From a virus: DNA of 64,000 nucleotides. This document shows positions 20,475-31,150 of the stretch, piece after piece; position 1 is the first letter of the stretch; every line of letters begins with the position of its first letter. A model generated the notes under the pieces. That model did not search any database and was not told the origin of the DNA. It worked only from the letters and a program-made list of their open reading frames with translations. The translations under genes were made by a program, and so were the position numbers. The stretch is from the IMG/VR virus record IMGVR_UViG_3300023174_000130, positions 19,216-83,215 of that record, one strand, 5' to 3'.

Positions 20475-21215
20475 TTATGGAATTTTATAACCCTTAGATC
20501 TCAAACCTTTAATCTCTTCTTGTCTTCTGGCCTGTCTTATAGCGTTATCTTGGTCTCTCTCGGAGAAACGTTGAAGTTCATCTTCACGCTTAGCTTGCTT
20601 TATGGCATCATCTTGTTCTTTATTCGGGTCATATGGTTTTCGTTCAGATTTTGCTTGTCCGGGTATTGCAAGAGCAGTCCATGGACTTCCTGCTCCTTGT
20701 GCAGCCAATTCTTGGGTACTTCTACCAATTTTCTTCATATTGGCATCAAACCAATTAGCACCACTTATATCTGAAACTTGTCTCAAAAGTGTTGATGCTG
20801 CGCCGGGAACAGCGGAAACTAATCCTGAGCCAATTGCACCTACTACACCACCAAGAACAGGAATATTACCAACACCGGATGCATTCATGGCTTTTGCTGC
20901 CAGACCACCAAGTTTTTGTGCCCCAGATGCATCAAGCAAATCGGCAGCATAATCAGCAGCTTTTCCTACACCATATAATCCAGTTGCAACAACTTCTGGA
21001 CTTAGTGAAACTCCAGCAACATTAAAATCTTCGGTGTCCCCAAACAATACATTTGGTTCTTTTTTCTTGCCTTTTGGTTCAGGTGTGCCAACGCCCATTC
21101 CTGGGTCAGAACCAGTAATTGATTTAAATGTTTTTTCTTTGGTTTTTTCTTCAAATATTTTATTATTTAAAGATTCAACCAAATATAACTTGGCTTGTTC
21201 TGGTAGGTGAGACAT
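20475..21215 (-). CDS. hypothetical protein inserted between gp21 and gp22 (possible internal head protein)
   Basis: 246-aa ORF coupled to gp21; Gly/Ala-rich hydrophobic middle; C-terminal tandem repeat. Confidence 0.7.
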   Translation of the reverse strand: MSHLPEQAKLYLVESLNNKIFEEKTKEKTFKSITGSDPGMGVGTPEPKGKKKEPNVLFGDTEDFNVAGVSLSPEVVATGLYGVGKAADYAADLLDASGAQKLGGLAAKAMNASGVGNIPVLGGVVGAIGSGLVSAVPGAASTLLRQVSDISGANWFDANMKKIGRSTQELAAQGAGSPWTALAIPGQAKSERKPYDPNKEQDDAIKQAKREDELQRFSERDQDNAIRQARRQEEIKGLRSKGYKIP

Positions 21216-21862
21216 TATTTTATTTTACGGAAATATTCTTCAAATACGTTGACAATATTTCTATTAAGAAGTCTGGAAGGTGATGTTTTAATAAGTTTTC
21301 TTGCTTCGGCAGCTTCTCTTTCTTGCCATGATCCTTCTACAAACATCCATTCTCTGCCTTCCATGATACCGTTTACAAAGGCATTTGGAGCAGATGGATC
21401 GGCAACAATATCAATAGCGGCCAACATAAAGTCTTCTTGAACTTCTTGATAACCATTCTTAGCTTTTAGAGAACCCATACCACGAGTTGATACACCAAGT
21501 TGCGCACCCTCATCGATAAGATTTTTTACAATCTTTCCCATTGGGGTATCTAAAACTTTAGCTTTACCATAGATGTTTTGACCATCTTCATGGAGTTCTT
21601 TGACAATGTGAGATACTCGGTCAAGATTGACTGTTGGGCCAGTTGGATGATTCAATTCACCTAATGCACGACCTTTATCAACATACTCATTGATATAACG
21701 CTTGCACTCTTTTAATAGAGTACCTTGTGGATAAATGCGACCATTGCGGTTTTTTACGCCAGATTGCATGAAGACACCTTCAATAAAGTAGGTCTTTTCA
21801 CCATTTCCTACATTCTCTTTGATGTACTTAATGTCTTCTGTTAGTTCCGTGATTAGCTTCAT
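21215..21862 (-). CDS. gp21: prohead protease
   Basis: MKLITE, NRNGRIYP, ALGELNHP, GVSTRGMGSL, DIVADPSAPNAFV. Confidence 0.98.
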   Translation of the reverse strand: MKLITELTEDIKYIKENVGNGEKTYFIEGVFMQSGVKNRNGRIYPQGTLLKECKRYINEYVDKGRALGELNHPTGPTVNLDRVSHIVKELHEDGQNIYGKAKVLDTPMGKIVKNLIDEGAQLGVSTRGMGSLKAKNGYQEVQEDFMLAAIDIVADPSAPNAFVNGIMEGREWMFVEGSWQEREAAEARKLIKTSPSRLLNRNIVNVFEEYFRKIK

Positions 21863-22023
21863 TCTTGTTCTTTCTTGCCTAAAATGGTTTTGGCAACAGT
21901 TTTGTACTGTTCTTGTAGACGTTGCCCTACCTTGTTATAAAGAACCTTTGAGGTTTCATTTTTAAAGGATACGGCGTTTTCTTGTACTACACTTTTGATC
22001 ATTTGGCGGATGTTGTTTTTCAT
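21859..22023 (-). CDS. small prohead core-like protein (54 aa, not in ORF track)
   Basis: MKNNIRQMIKSVVQENAVSFKNETSKVLYNKVGQRLQEQYKTVAKTILGKKEQE; ATGA overlaps at both ends; gp67/gp68 position. Confidence 0.7.
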   Translation of the reverse strand: MKNNIRQMIKSVVQENAVSFKNETSKVLYNKVGQRLQEQYKTVAKTILGKKEQE

Positions 22024-22433
22024 ATTAAATTTTTTACTTTCTGTGAAAATGTTAGATGTTGTTTTAAAGCTTCTTCATTTGTTAAAATCTCTGATACCAT
22101 TTTTTGTCTATTTTCAGGACTCAAAGATTCAAAAAGTTTTTTTAACAAAACTACATCAGACTCTGAGATATTTATACTAAAACCATTTTTAAATTTATGT
22201 ATTCCTGGATTAAAATTTTCTGTAAAATCAATAAATTCTTTTAATTCAACAGAATCAAGCGTTTGTTCTTCAGTATATAATAACTTTTTAGATACATTAT
22301 TTTTGACTTGTAAAAAGCTCTCATGAAGTTTTATTGCCAAAGCTTGAGTTAAATTTTGTTTAAAAAATTTCTCATTTTTGGATAGCAATCCTTCGATGCT
22401 GTTTTTCAATAATGTAGTGGTGATATTTTTCAT
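22020..22433 (-). CDS. prohead core-like protein
   Basis: Between portal and protease; LFESLSPENRQKM motif seen in T4-like core proteins. Confidence 0.6.
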   Translation of the reverse strand: MKNITTTLLKNSIEGLLSKNEKFFKQNLTQALAIKLHESFLQVKNNVSKKLLYTEEQTLDSVELKEFIDFTENFNPGIHKFKNGFSINISESDVVLLKKLFESLSPENRQKMVSEILTNEEALKQHLTFSQKVKNLI

Positions 22434-22434
22434 A

Positions 22435-23997
22435 TTACTGAGGCTGGCTTTCTTGGGCTTGTGCTGCTTGCTGTGCAGCCATTGCTGCCTGCTCCTGTGC
22501 TATTCGCTGTCTGTCAATCTGCATTTGTTTTTCTAGTTCAATCAGATCTTCAGGCAAATATTTTAAGATATGTGTTTTTACATAATCTGTAGAGAAATAC
22601 TTACCAATGTATGGCTCAACAAAAGAAAGCATCTTTACACGCTCTGAAAGAATTTCTGCTTCTTTGAGATCCCAGAAATAATTGTCCGTATTGAAAACTA
22701 CTTTGATATCTGTTTTAAGTTGTCTCCAGTCCTCATCGGTCATTACTCCTTTAAGAAGCAACTGAACTCTGAGCGTATCCAAGAATAACTTGGAGAACTG
22801 GAATCTCAATCTATCTATAAACTTATAAAACTTAATCTCTTCACGTGTGATCTCGGTAGATCTACCCATGTTAAAACCATTGCTTTCTGGAGTCAAGCGG
22901 CTTAGCGGTACATTAAGTGCACCGTAAAGTTTCTTTTTGAAATATTCAGCATCTTCAATTTGAGAGAGTGATTGTGCTCCCGGCAAGGTAGTGATCTCTG
23001 TACCACGTGATCCTTCACGGCGAGGCAACCAATAGTCTTCCAGAACAGACATGAATTTGCGCTCATCTCTGATTTCACCAGTATCTTGGTTATAAATTAA
23101 CCGAGTGCGGAAACGGCTCATCATATCACGCATATATTGTTCGGCTTTTTGTTTTGGAAGCTGACCAACGTCTACGTAAAATACTCTTCTTTCTGGGGCA
23201 CGAGCAATTCTATAAACAAGCAATGCATCTTCCATTTGACGCAACATGTTTAGTGGTCTGATTGCTTTATGCAAATAACCCAAAACTCGCTTGCTGTTTA
23301 GATCTACCAATCCAGATGGAACATAAACAACGCTATCCAAAGATAGATGAAGACCTTGTGGTCCGGTCATGATATAAGATTCTTTATCTGTATTTGTATA
23401 CACATAAAATTCTTCAATATCTTTGACTAACTGAACAGGAGTTCCGTTTGTCCCCTTATCCATTTCTTTTTTGAGCTTACGGATTTTTTTAATCTTTAAT
23501 GGATCAATTGGAATAATTTCCTGAATGCCTTCCATTGGCAAATCTTTATCAATTACAAGATTATAATAGATCTTGGAATCAATATACCAACGACGGAAAG
23601 TTTCATACGATCTGTGATTAAAATCTAATAGATGAAGAATTGTTTCAAATTCTTTGTATATTTTTGTTTTAATATTTTCTGAAATATTGCAGTTTGATAA
23701 ATCTAATTTTACTGGCTTATGATCAGTACCTGGAACAATTGCGGCATTTACAATTTCATCAATAGCATTATCTAGTTCTGGATATACCGACATATTACGA
23801 TACTGAATTACAGATTGCTGTTCGTCACGCATTGTTGCAGCGTAATCAAGAGCAGTTCCAAAAAATCCACCAGCTTCAACAGTTACAGTACCATCAAACA
23901 TCTCTGGAGCAGCAAATGCCTGTATTGCTTGCTCTCGGGCATCAGCCTTTGTTGGCTGTTTTTTTCCAAACTGAAATCCAAATATATCAATTTCCAT
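22435..23997 (-). CDS. gp20: portal protein
   Basis: YLHKAIRPLNMLRQMEDALLVYRIARAPERRVFYVDVG, EDYWLPRREG. Confidence 0.99.
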   Translation of the reverse strand: MEIDIFGFQFGKKQPTKADAREQAIQAFAAPEMFDGTVTVEAGGFFGTALDYAATMRDEQQSVIQYRNMSVYPELDNAIDEIVNAAIVPGTDHKPVKLDLSNCNISENIKTKIYKEFETILHLLDFNHRSYETFRRWYIDSKIYYNLVIDKDLPMEGIQEIIPIDPLKIKKIRKLKKEMDKGTNGTPVQLVKDIEEFYVYTNTDKESYIMTGPQGLHLSLDSVVYVPSGLVDLNSKRVLGYLHKAIRPLNMLRQMEDALLVYRIARAPERRVFYVDVGQLPKQKAEQYMRDMMSRFRTRLIYNQDTGEIRDERKFMSVLEDYWLPRREGSRGTEITTLPGAQSLSQIEDAEYFKKKLYGALNVPLSRLTPESNGFNMGRSTEITREEIKFYKFIDRLRFQFSKLFLDTLRVQLLLKGVMTDEDWRQLKTDIKVVFNTDNYFWDLKEAEILSERVKMLSFVEPYIGKYFSTDYVKTHILKYLPEDLIELEKQMQIDRQRIAQEQAAMAAQQAAQAQESQPQ

Positions 23998-24005
23998 ATT
24001 TCACC

Positions 24006-24533
24006 TTAGTTTCTTCTTGTAACATTAGTTATCTCAATATAATCAAAAACAATGATAACGTTAAAACTATTTAACGTGTTTGGATTACCCATGTTTAGAT
24101 TTATTGGTTGAATTCCTGCAGGCCAACAGCCATGCAATTTATATTCTTTTAAAACAGAATTTGGTCCATCTTCACCATTTAAATTTAAATGTTGAATTTT
24201 CCAATTATCCGCTTTATATTTTTTTGGTAGTGTAGATTTATTCGTATCGTGATCATTTATAAGATTTTGCCACTTTTGAATTCTTCCCCAAAGATTATTT
24301 GATCCAGTATCGTCCCATGCAGTAAAAGACCACGTACCATAATCTTTTTCACCGGGATAATGAAATTTTCTACCAAAATAATCATAGCTTATAGTCTTAG
24401 AAGCTGCATTAGGTACAGTAGCTGCTCTTACATGGAAGTCTGTAAATTTTCCACCTGTGGGAAAACTACCAATTATTTTAAATCGGTTAGATCTTGATCC
24501 TCCAAAGAAATTTGTTTTAAAATCTATGAGCAT
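24006..24533 (-). CDS. gp19: tail tube protein (paralog 2)
   Basis: GGSRSNRF, YFGRKFHYPGEK, LHGCWP, FDY. Confidence 0.82.
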   Translation of the reverse strand: MLIDFKTNFFGGSRSNRFKIIGSFPTGGKFTDFHVRAATVPNAASKTISYDYFGRKFHYPGEKDYGTWSFTAWDDTGSNNLWGRIQKWQNLINDHDTNKSTLPKKYKADNWKIQHLNLNGEDGPNSVLKEYKLHGCWPAGIQPINLNMGNPNTLNSFNVIIVFDYIEITNVTRRN

Positions 24534-24536
24534 AGT

Positions 24537-25079
24537 TTAGCTATTGTAGTTGTCTTGAATTTTTAGATAATCAAAAGTAAGTGTTGCACTAAAACCAACG
24601 AAGCCAACTTCACCCATGTTAAGATTAATTTCACCAACAACTGATGGCCAGCATTTATACAAAGTAATTGTTTTTATAGGATTTCCGTTTAAATCCAATT
24701 GTTTTATTTGCCAAGTTGTTTGAAGAGTTTTATAGGAATAATCATTTCTAACAACTTTATGGGTATAATGGCCGTCCATTTGTTCCGACCAAGTATGTAA
24801 TGCTTTCCAAATATTTTTAGTATTATTATCGTCGTAAATACCTATAGCCCAAGTACTATAAATTCTATCACCAGCATATGTGACCATTCTTCCACGATAT
24901 GGAACAGAAATAGTATTAATTTGAGTAGCTGGCAATGATGCAGATACTATTTTAAATGCTGCATCATTTTTATCAATACTAATTCCATTTGGCCATTTTG
25001 GCATAACCACGAACCTATTGGCACGGGTTCCACCGTTAAAACCATCTTTAAAATTAATTATTGAATTTTTTGATGGCAT
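24537..25079 (-). CDS. gp19: tail tube protein (paralog 1)
   Basis: GGTRANRF, SASLPA, VPYRGRMVTYAGDRIYSTW, LTFDY. Confidence 0.9.
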   Translation of the reverse strand: MPSKNSIINFKDGFNGGTRANRFVVMPKWPNGISIDKNDAAFKIVSASLPATQINTISVPYRGRMVTYAGDRIYSTWAIGIYDDNNTKNIWKALHTWSEQMDGHYTHKVVRNDYSYKTLQTTWQIKQLDLNGNPIKTITLYKCWPSVVGEINLNMGEVGFVGFSATLTFDYLKIQDNYNS

Positions 25080-26404
25080 TATTGTGTTAGGGTTATATTA
25101 AGTATAAAGCTATCAATACTGAGAATTGGTTTAATTATTACTTGAATCGTCAATGATGAAGAGTTATCTGTATTGTTAGATGCATCACATATAATTTGAG
25201 TTTTAGTATTGTCAATATATGGAGTAAATGGATCTATTGCATTATCTATTTCAGAAGTAATTTGTGCGCGGGTAGATGCATTATTTACATCAAATAGGTA
25301 TTTCAATGCAATGGCATTAATAGCTTCTGACAAAGCTGAACGAAGTCTTGATGGGCCTATTCTTTCATCAGATGATACTACACCAGAAGAATTTGCTGTG
25401 GCTCCAACAACATCCGATCCTAAAAATTTAGGATTAAAGTTTACAAAGAAATTGACTCTATTATTTCTTAAAACTGTTTTTAAATTATCAAACCAATCAA
25501 TCGAATTTGATACATTTCCATTTAATACAGTTGCTCTATCTATACCGGCTACAGTTAAATACTGTTCATTTCGATTTAAAGCTCTGGTAAAGAATCCACC
25601 TACATCAGACACTGCTGGCAAAGTATATGTAATCTTACTGGTGCTTAATAATGAAGTTGTATCTAAATCTGTTACAGTTTTTAAACCACAAACATTAAAT
25701 ATTCTATTAGCAACTTGTGTTCCAGTGACGTAAGCAGATGACCCGAATAAAGTTGCGTAGTTTGCCATAGTATAACCAGCTCCAGTAATTCCAGAACTAT
25801 CGGCAATGCTTGGGAATATACCTACAGTATATGGTTGGTCTATTAACCATTGACATAATGTGGTTCCCGCTTGTTGGCCAATTACTATATCAAAATAATT
25901 TTGCGAATCTATAATATATTGATCCAATCCAGCTGCAGATCCAGACAAAATCAAAGAACCACCATAAGCCATATAATTTATGGCAAACAACATATCTTTA
26001 CCAGCAGCCAATGGTGTTAGACGAACAGAGTTGTTTTCTACTCCAGCAGTTTGAAAAAATCCATATGTTCCACCTGCGCCGGGATCTGATACCAGACATG
26101 CTGTGACTCCACCCAATGAATTTAAATCTCCAATAAAATCTTGTGGTGTGGTATAAACAATATATTTGTCTAAAGTAGTGCCTTTAGCGGGAACGGTAGA
26201 TCCTGTAGATCCCCATGTTCTGGAACGAGAGTATATTAACCATCCAAATAAGCCACCAGGATCATTGCCTGCAGCGCCTGAAAGACCATTAAATGTCAAA
26301 CCGCTGTTATATGTATTTCCGGTAATCATACCGGCTAACAGGGTATTGGTGGTACTTTCTGTCGAATATTGGTTAGAGCTTATAAAGGAGCTGAGTGATG
26401 GCAT
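25079..26404 (-). CDS. gp18: tail sheath protein, short and divergent
   Basis: INYMAYGG near N-terminus; C-terminal YLFDVNNASTR...IICDASNNT...IKPILSIDSFILNI; between gp17 and gp19. Confidence 0.82.
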   Translation of the reverse strand: MPSLSSFISSNQYSTESTTNTLLAGMITGNTYNSGLTFNGLSGAAGNDPGGLFGWLIYSRSRTWGSTGSTVPAKGTTLDKYIVYTTPQDFIGDLNSLGGVTACLVSDPGAGGTYGFFQTAGVENNSVRLTPLAAGKDMLFAINYMAYGGSLILSGSAAGLDQYIIDSQNYFDIVIGQQAGTTLCQWLIDQPYTVGIFPSIADSSGITGAGYTMANYATLFGSSAYVTGTQVANRIFNVCGLKTVTDLDTTSLLSTSKITYTLPAVSDVGGFFTRALNRNEQYLTVAGIDRATVLNGNVSNSIDWFDNLKTVLRNNRVNFFVNFNPKFLGSDVVGATANSSGVVSSDERIGPSRLRSALSEAINAIALKYLFDVNNASTRAQITSEIDNAIDPFTPYIDNTKTQIICDASNNTDNSSSLTIQVIIKPILSIDSFILNITLTQ

Positions 26405-26439
26405 TTAATTTCCTTTTTCTGTCAAAATATTTAGCATTC

Positions 26440-28101
26440 TTATGAAGGATACCAAACAACACCATTTTCTACAAACTCACCATCATCTTCACCATTATTT
26501 TGATTTGGAGCAAATAAAACATTATCATCTTCTGGTTTTATAGCTTCTTCATAGTTAAATTTTGATTGTTCTATAAGATCTGCAAAGTATTCTTGTCGGG
26601 TTAACCAAGCAAAAAATACCAAAGTCATAACTAAATCATCATTTTGACCATCTTCGGCCTTATATGTATTTGATTTAGAAACAAATGACATCATTTCTGT
26701 TATAATTCTATCATCATTTAATAAAAGTTTATTTTCTTCTACTAGACGTTTTAATATAGCACATCCTATTTTTTTAGTTTGTGCTGTTGTTCTCAAACCC
26801 ATTTCATTTTTTCCAACACCACCGAATCCTTGAGATAAAACTTGACCTTTTCTTCCTATAATTTTAGTCATCAATACATTTTCATATTCTAGATCAGAAT
26901 GAAGAATATTAGAAACTTGACCACCAAGATCATTAGTTTCTATTAAAACATAAGCGTTGTTATAAGCTTTAGCAACATTTTGTATAACTGTTGGAAAATT
27001 AAAAGGACTTATAGTATTGTTTCTGTAACTGCACACAACCTTGTATGGGGTACTGGAACCTTCAATTACTGTAAATGCTGAATAGTCCGATCCCTGTCCT
27101 CTGGAGACATCTGCTTGCAAAAAATAAGTTTTGTCTTGTTGTGGTGTTTCGTATACTCTATGCCCTTCGGCATTTTCAGATATTGGTTCTTCTGGTGCCA
27201 ATACATTTAATTTGGTAGAAGAAATAAGAGTATTAGAAGAGCCCAAAAAGCTACATCCATATTCTTGTTCAAATTGTTCCGGGCTTGTGTTGGCTATCTG
27301 TTCTTCAGCCCACACATCATCTCTTTTAGGACCACCGGGAGTAATTGGAACATCTCTCCAGCTTACTTCTACTGGGACAAATCTATTTTTTAATTTATGG
27401 CCTTCTTGTCTGTTTGCATCCACCCAAAGTTTATGAAAATGATTCATTCCATTTGGGGTTGAAACAATAATAAGTTTTGTAGTTAAACCTGCTGAAATAG
27501 TTGGATAAGTAGATGAATAGAATTCTTCTGCAATATGTGATGGCAAGAACGCGTATTCGTCCAACAAAAGTAAGTTATAAGAACCACCACGGATTGCTGA
27601 AGACGATGTTGCGTCACATACGACTCTAGATCCATTTTCCAATTTAAAGCTTGTCTTATTCCATTCTACCACTCCTTGTTGAAGAAATTGTGGAAGATTT
27701 TCATAAGCCAGCTGAAGTTTGGCAAATAATTCGTCTTTAGCGGTTTTTAACTTATTTGCCAGAATAGCTACGTTAACACTTTGGTTAAATGTAACATAAT
27801 GACAAATATAACCAATTACTGATGTAGATTTACCCGATTGGCGAGGCCATTTAGAAATAACAAATCTATTTTTGTGTATTTCTCTTACAAATTTTTCTTG
27901 ATAATCATATAACTTGAAAGGCATAACGCCTTTGTCTAGCGTTTTTACTTTTACATATTTACTGCAAAAATATACTGGATCATTTGCACATTTAACATAT
28001 TCTTCCAGTTGTTCTTTTGTGTAAGGTATTTCAACGCCAGGAGGTTTTAGCTTTGGGTTGTTTCTGTACCCTTGATTATTGTTGTTTTGACTCACTATCA
28101 A
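26440..28101 (-). CDS. gp17: terminase large subunit
   Basis: YRNNPKLK, PRQSGKST, LLDEYAF, VSTPNGMNHF, DDLVMTL. Confidence 0.98.
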   Translation of the reverse strand: MIVSQNNNNQGYRNNPKLKPPGVEIPYTKEQLEEYVKCANDPVYFCSKYVKVKTLDKGVMPFKLYDYQEKFVREIHKNRFVISKWPRQSGKSTSVIGYICHYVTFNQSVNVAILANKLKTAKDELFAKLQLAYENLPQFLQQGVVEWNKTSFKLENGSRVVCDATSSSAIRGGSYNLLLLDEYAFLPSHIAEEFYSSTYPTISAGLTTKLIIVSTPNGMNHFHKLWVDANRQEGHKLKNRFVPVEVSWRDVPITPGGPKRDDVWAEEQIANTSPEQFEQEYGCSFLGSSNTLISSTKLNVLAPEEPISENAEGHRVYETPQQDKTYFLQADVSRGQGSDYSAFTVIEGSSTPYKVVCSYRNNTISPFNFPTVIQNVAKAYNNAYVLIETNDLGGQVSNILHSDLEYENVLMTKIIGRKGQVLSQGFGGVGKNEMGLRTTAQTKKIGCAILKRLVEENKLLLNDDRIITEMMSFVSKSNTYKAEDGQNDDLVMTLVFFAWLTRQEYFADLIEQSKFNYEEAIKPEDDNVLFAPNQNNGEDDGEFVENGVVWYPS

Positions 28102-28519
28102 TTACCTCTGCTTCAATCACCTTATCAGTACTTCTATCTTTATTTAATAGATTCTGCAGATCTTTGGTTGAACCAACAAAAACAGAATTGTTTGTTTGCG
28201 TAACTTTTGTCGTAGTAGATGAAGTTGTATCTTTTGCTTTTTTGTGCACATCCAAAACGTTGTTGTTAAGATCGGCCATGGTTTTTAATAAAATGGCTAC
28301 CACTTCAAATGCTCTCGGTGAATCCGATTCCGTGGCAACTTTTAATGCAGCTTCAAGTGCTAAATTACCATTACCAATCAAATCTTTTAGATTTGATTGT
28401 ACGGTCGCATAATCTTTTTGAAAAGAAGAAGAGTCAAATGTTCCACCAGAAATTACTTTATCTTTTGGTGTTTCTGCAACTTCATTTAAATTAAATAACT
28501 TTGATAAATTTTTATTCAT
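28076..28519 (-). CDS. gp16: terminase small subunit
   Basis: SDSPRAFEV, NNSVFVGSTKDLQ. Confidence 0.92.
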   Translation of the reverse strand: MNKNLSKLFNLNEVAETPKDKVISGGTFDSSSFQKDYATVQSNLKDLIGNGNLALEAALKVATESDSPRAFEVVAILLKTMADLNNNVLDVHKKAKDTTSSTTTKVTQTNNSVFVGSTKDLQNLLNKDRSTDKVIEAEVIDSESKQQ

Positions 28520-28523
28520 ATAC

Positions 28524-29174
28524 TCAATCTATTATTACAATATTTGATGATGTAATTCCTGTGACAGATTTAATTTCACCAAATATCCACGATTTGGCTA
28601 AAAACTGAAATGAGGCTATATTAAGTCTACGGCTTGATAAATCACCTTCGTATTTTTCAGTCAAATTATTACTTACCATTATAATTGGTATTTGTAAATT
28701 TGTCTGTGCCTCATTCATATTTAAAGTGATTATATGTTCGGGAACAAAGAATGGCATTATTTGTTCTATAATTTGCAGCATATCATCTGTATGTCTTGTG
28801 TAAACATATAGATTAAAAGATACATTTACTGGTATTTGGCTTGATATAGCACTTCCTACTGGACCACATGATGGAGATCCAATATTACTAGGTTGTACTT
28901 TTCTACCCAATCTTCTTGAAGCATCCGACACAATACTATTCATTGAAAAACTTATAATAGGAAGTTGCGTCTCAATACGAGTTCCAGGTGTAATAGAAGA
29001 AGGTTGCAACAATCTTTGAATAAATTTTTCTTGAGGTGCATAATGAATGGGAACTCGTATATTCTGTGCAACTGATGTATCTGGATCAATATGAGCAACT
29101 TCTATATTGCTGAATAATGATCCAAAACCAACCACTAGTTTTCTTAAATTTTCATTGTAAAAATAACCAAACAT
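28524..29174 (-). CDS. gp15: tail sheath stabilizer / completion protein
   Basis: MFGYFYNENLRKLVVGFGSLF, VPIHYAPQEKF, LQIIEQIMPFF; start moved to ATG at 29174. Confidence 0.92.
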   Translation of the reverse strand: MFGYFYNENLRKLVVGFGSLFSNIEVAHIDPDTSVAQNIRVPIHYAPQEKFIQRLLQPSSITPGTRIETQLPIISFSMNSIVSDASRRLGRKVQPSNIGSPSCGPVGSAISSQIPVNVSFNLYVYTRHTDDMLQIIEQIMPFFVPEHIITLNMNEAQTNLQIPIIMVSNNLTEKYEGDLSSRRLNIASFQFLAKSWIFGEIKSVTGITSSNIVIID

Positions 29175-29176
29175 TT

Positions 29177-29854
29177 TTATGAACCTCCTGTGCAACCAGC
29201 TTCATTAAATGGATCATTGGGATTAAATCCATATGAATTGCCTTCTGTTCGCAATTCATCATTAACTCCAAATGTTGTGCCTAGATTATTTGCAATTGGT
29301 ATAATTACCGATCCAGATAACCCTGCTGTAGTTGATGTGTATGGAGAATTGATATCACTATTCAAAGTTTGAATCTTTTCATAGCTATATGTGAAGAGTT
29401 CTGCAGTTATCTGATAAGAATAAAGCTTACCTAAAGGATAAAGAGGATTTTCATGCTCAACAAAATTAATTTCAAATAATGATTTGGATAAAGGAAAATA
29501 AATTAAATCGCCTTCTCTGGGTCTTGTTATGGTTTTATCGATAGCTGTAACTTCATCTCTAAATCTGCGTCTAGCCATTAATAAAGAAATTTTGTCTTTA
29601 ATTTCTAATCCAAATTGAGTAATAACATCAGTACCATCAAATCCTTTATATGACTGTATGTACATTTCTATTGTATAAATCTTTTCAAAAGAAGAAGATG
29701 GGTCTTCACCAAATATTTTATCAATGTTAAAATATTTTCTAGGAACATAAAAACAATCCTGACCCACTCCTTGAATTAATTCTACCGTCAAATCTTCGAT
29801 TAAACGTTGTTCTGTTATGACAGAAGTGGTATTGATGTATGGATTTGTTGCCAT
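29177..29854 (-). CDS. gp14: neck protein
   Basis: EQRLIEDL, FGEDP, RPREGDLIYFP, FEINFVEHE. Confidence 0.94.
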   Translation of the reverse strand: MATNPYINTTSVITEQRLIEDLTVELIQGVGQDCFYVPRKYFNIDKIFGEDPSSSFEKIYTIEMYIQSYKGFDGTDVITQFGLEIKDKISLLMARRRFRDEVTAIDKTITRPREGDLIYFPLSKSLFEINFVEHENPLYPLGKLYSYQITAELFTYSYEKIQTLNSDINSPYTSTTAGLSGSVIIPIANNLGTTFGVNDELRTEGNSYGFNPNDPFNEAGCTGGS

Positions 29855-29855
29855 A

Positions 29856-30686
29856 TTATCCGATCATTGGATCAACTGGAAGCTCTTGAGTCTTCAACAG
29901 CATTTGTTCTATTACTTCTAATTCTTTTACAGCATCTTGCATTATAGCTGCAGCATTTAGTGAGGCACCACCGGGCAATGGCATTCCTGTGAACTTTATT
30001 AAGTTTTGTGCCCATTGTTTTTTAAGTAATGCTGCGTAGTGCCTTTGGAAAATACGATCATCCCATGCTTTTATATAATAATCTGGATTAACTTGAACAT
30101 ACGCTTCAACCATGAGAAAATTTATATGATTCATTCTAGAATCTTTTACTTCTAAAAATAATCTATTTGTTGTTTTTGTATATGTAAATGATACAGGATA
30201 ATTAAACACATCATTTATTAAGCTAAGGTATTGCATACTTTCCATGTATGAGGCCATTGGTCCCTGTGATAGGCCACCTTGGTTAAAGTATAAACCAAAG
30301 AAATCAAATAATGTCATTTGATATCTCAAATCAAACATATAATCTCCAACCGTACTATTTGGGCTGTAAACTTGACTAATGGTTCGAATGTCCGAGGCAG
30401 CTGGCCAGTATGCAGTACTTCCACTTTCACTTGAAGTTACACCTTGAGCACCAACAGCATAACCAAATTTTGTTACATCAAAATATTTGCCAGTTATATT
30501 ATCTTGTGTAATTGGTACAACAAACTGTGCACGTTGATTAAAGTCAAAATGACGTTCGTGCATATATTCCAAAGATTCATCTAAACGATCTTCAGCTTGT
30601 TGAGGATCTATGTTTATTTGAATTACTGGGGCACCCAGTTTTCTAAATGCATAATTGATAAAATCCTGTCGGGTGGTTATAGCCAT
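29856..30686 (-). CDS. gp13: neck protein
   Basis: RKLGAPVIQINI, KKQWAQNLIKFTGMPLPGG. Confidence 0.94.
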   Translation of the reverse strand: MAITTRQDFINYAFRKLGAPVIQINIDPQQAEDRLDESLEYMHERHFDFNQRAQFVVPITQDNITGKYFDVTKFGYAVGAQGVTSSESGSTAYWPAASDIRTISQVYSPNSTVGDYMFDLRYQMTLFDFFGLYFNQGGLSQGPMASYMESMQYLSLINDVFNYPVSFTYTKTTNRLFLEVKDSRMNHINFLMVEAYVQVNPDYYIKAWDDRIFQRHYAALLKKQWAQNLIKFTGMPLPGGASLNAAAIMQDAVKELEVIEQMLLKTQELPVDPMIG

Positions 30687-30694
30687 ACAAATAT

Positions 30695-31147
30695 TTATGT
30701 ATTCTCTATTATTTTATTTACTTGATCTATAATTCTCTCTTTTTCTTCACTTGCTCCCAGTGTAACTTGAATATATTGTAAGTTTTCAGGATCTATTTGT
30801 TCTATTTGTTCTTTTCTATCTCTTATTTCGGCTGGCTTATAATTTGGATCATAATTACTAAATCCTGGCATTTTAAGTGGACAATTTAATATCGGATAAT
30901 CTAATTTTGAATATTCTTCATTATTTTGCATCAGCCAAGTATGTTTTTTGTCACCACATCCACATTTATTACAAAAATATTTTTGTGGTTCAACTGAGCT
31001 TTCTTTTAAATAAGGACAGGGTGTATTGACTTCCAAACCACCAAAACAAGACAAAACTCTGAGTTGTTTTGTTTGTAAGTCAGTTTTTTTGTTTCCCAAG
31101 CCTCTTGACGCCAACGATGCAGCAAACATTATCATCTTATTAAACAT
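30695..31147 (-). CDS. Cys-rich hypothetical protein (putative metal-binding)
   Basis: R-x3-C...CP...CNKCGC...CP pattern. Confidence 0.65.
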   Translation of the reverse strand: MFNKMIMFAASLASRGLGNKKTDLQTKQLRVLSCFGGLEVNTPCPYLKESSVEPQKYFCNKCGCGDKKHTWLMQNNEEYSKLDYPILNCPLKMPGFSNYDPNYKPAEIRDRKEQIEQIDPENLQYIQVTLGASEEKERIIDQVNKIIENT

Positions 31148-31150
31148 AAA

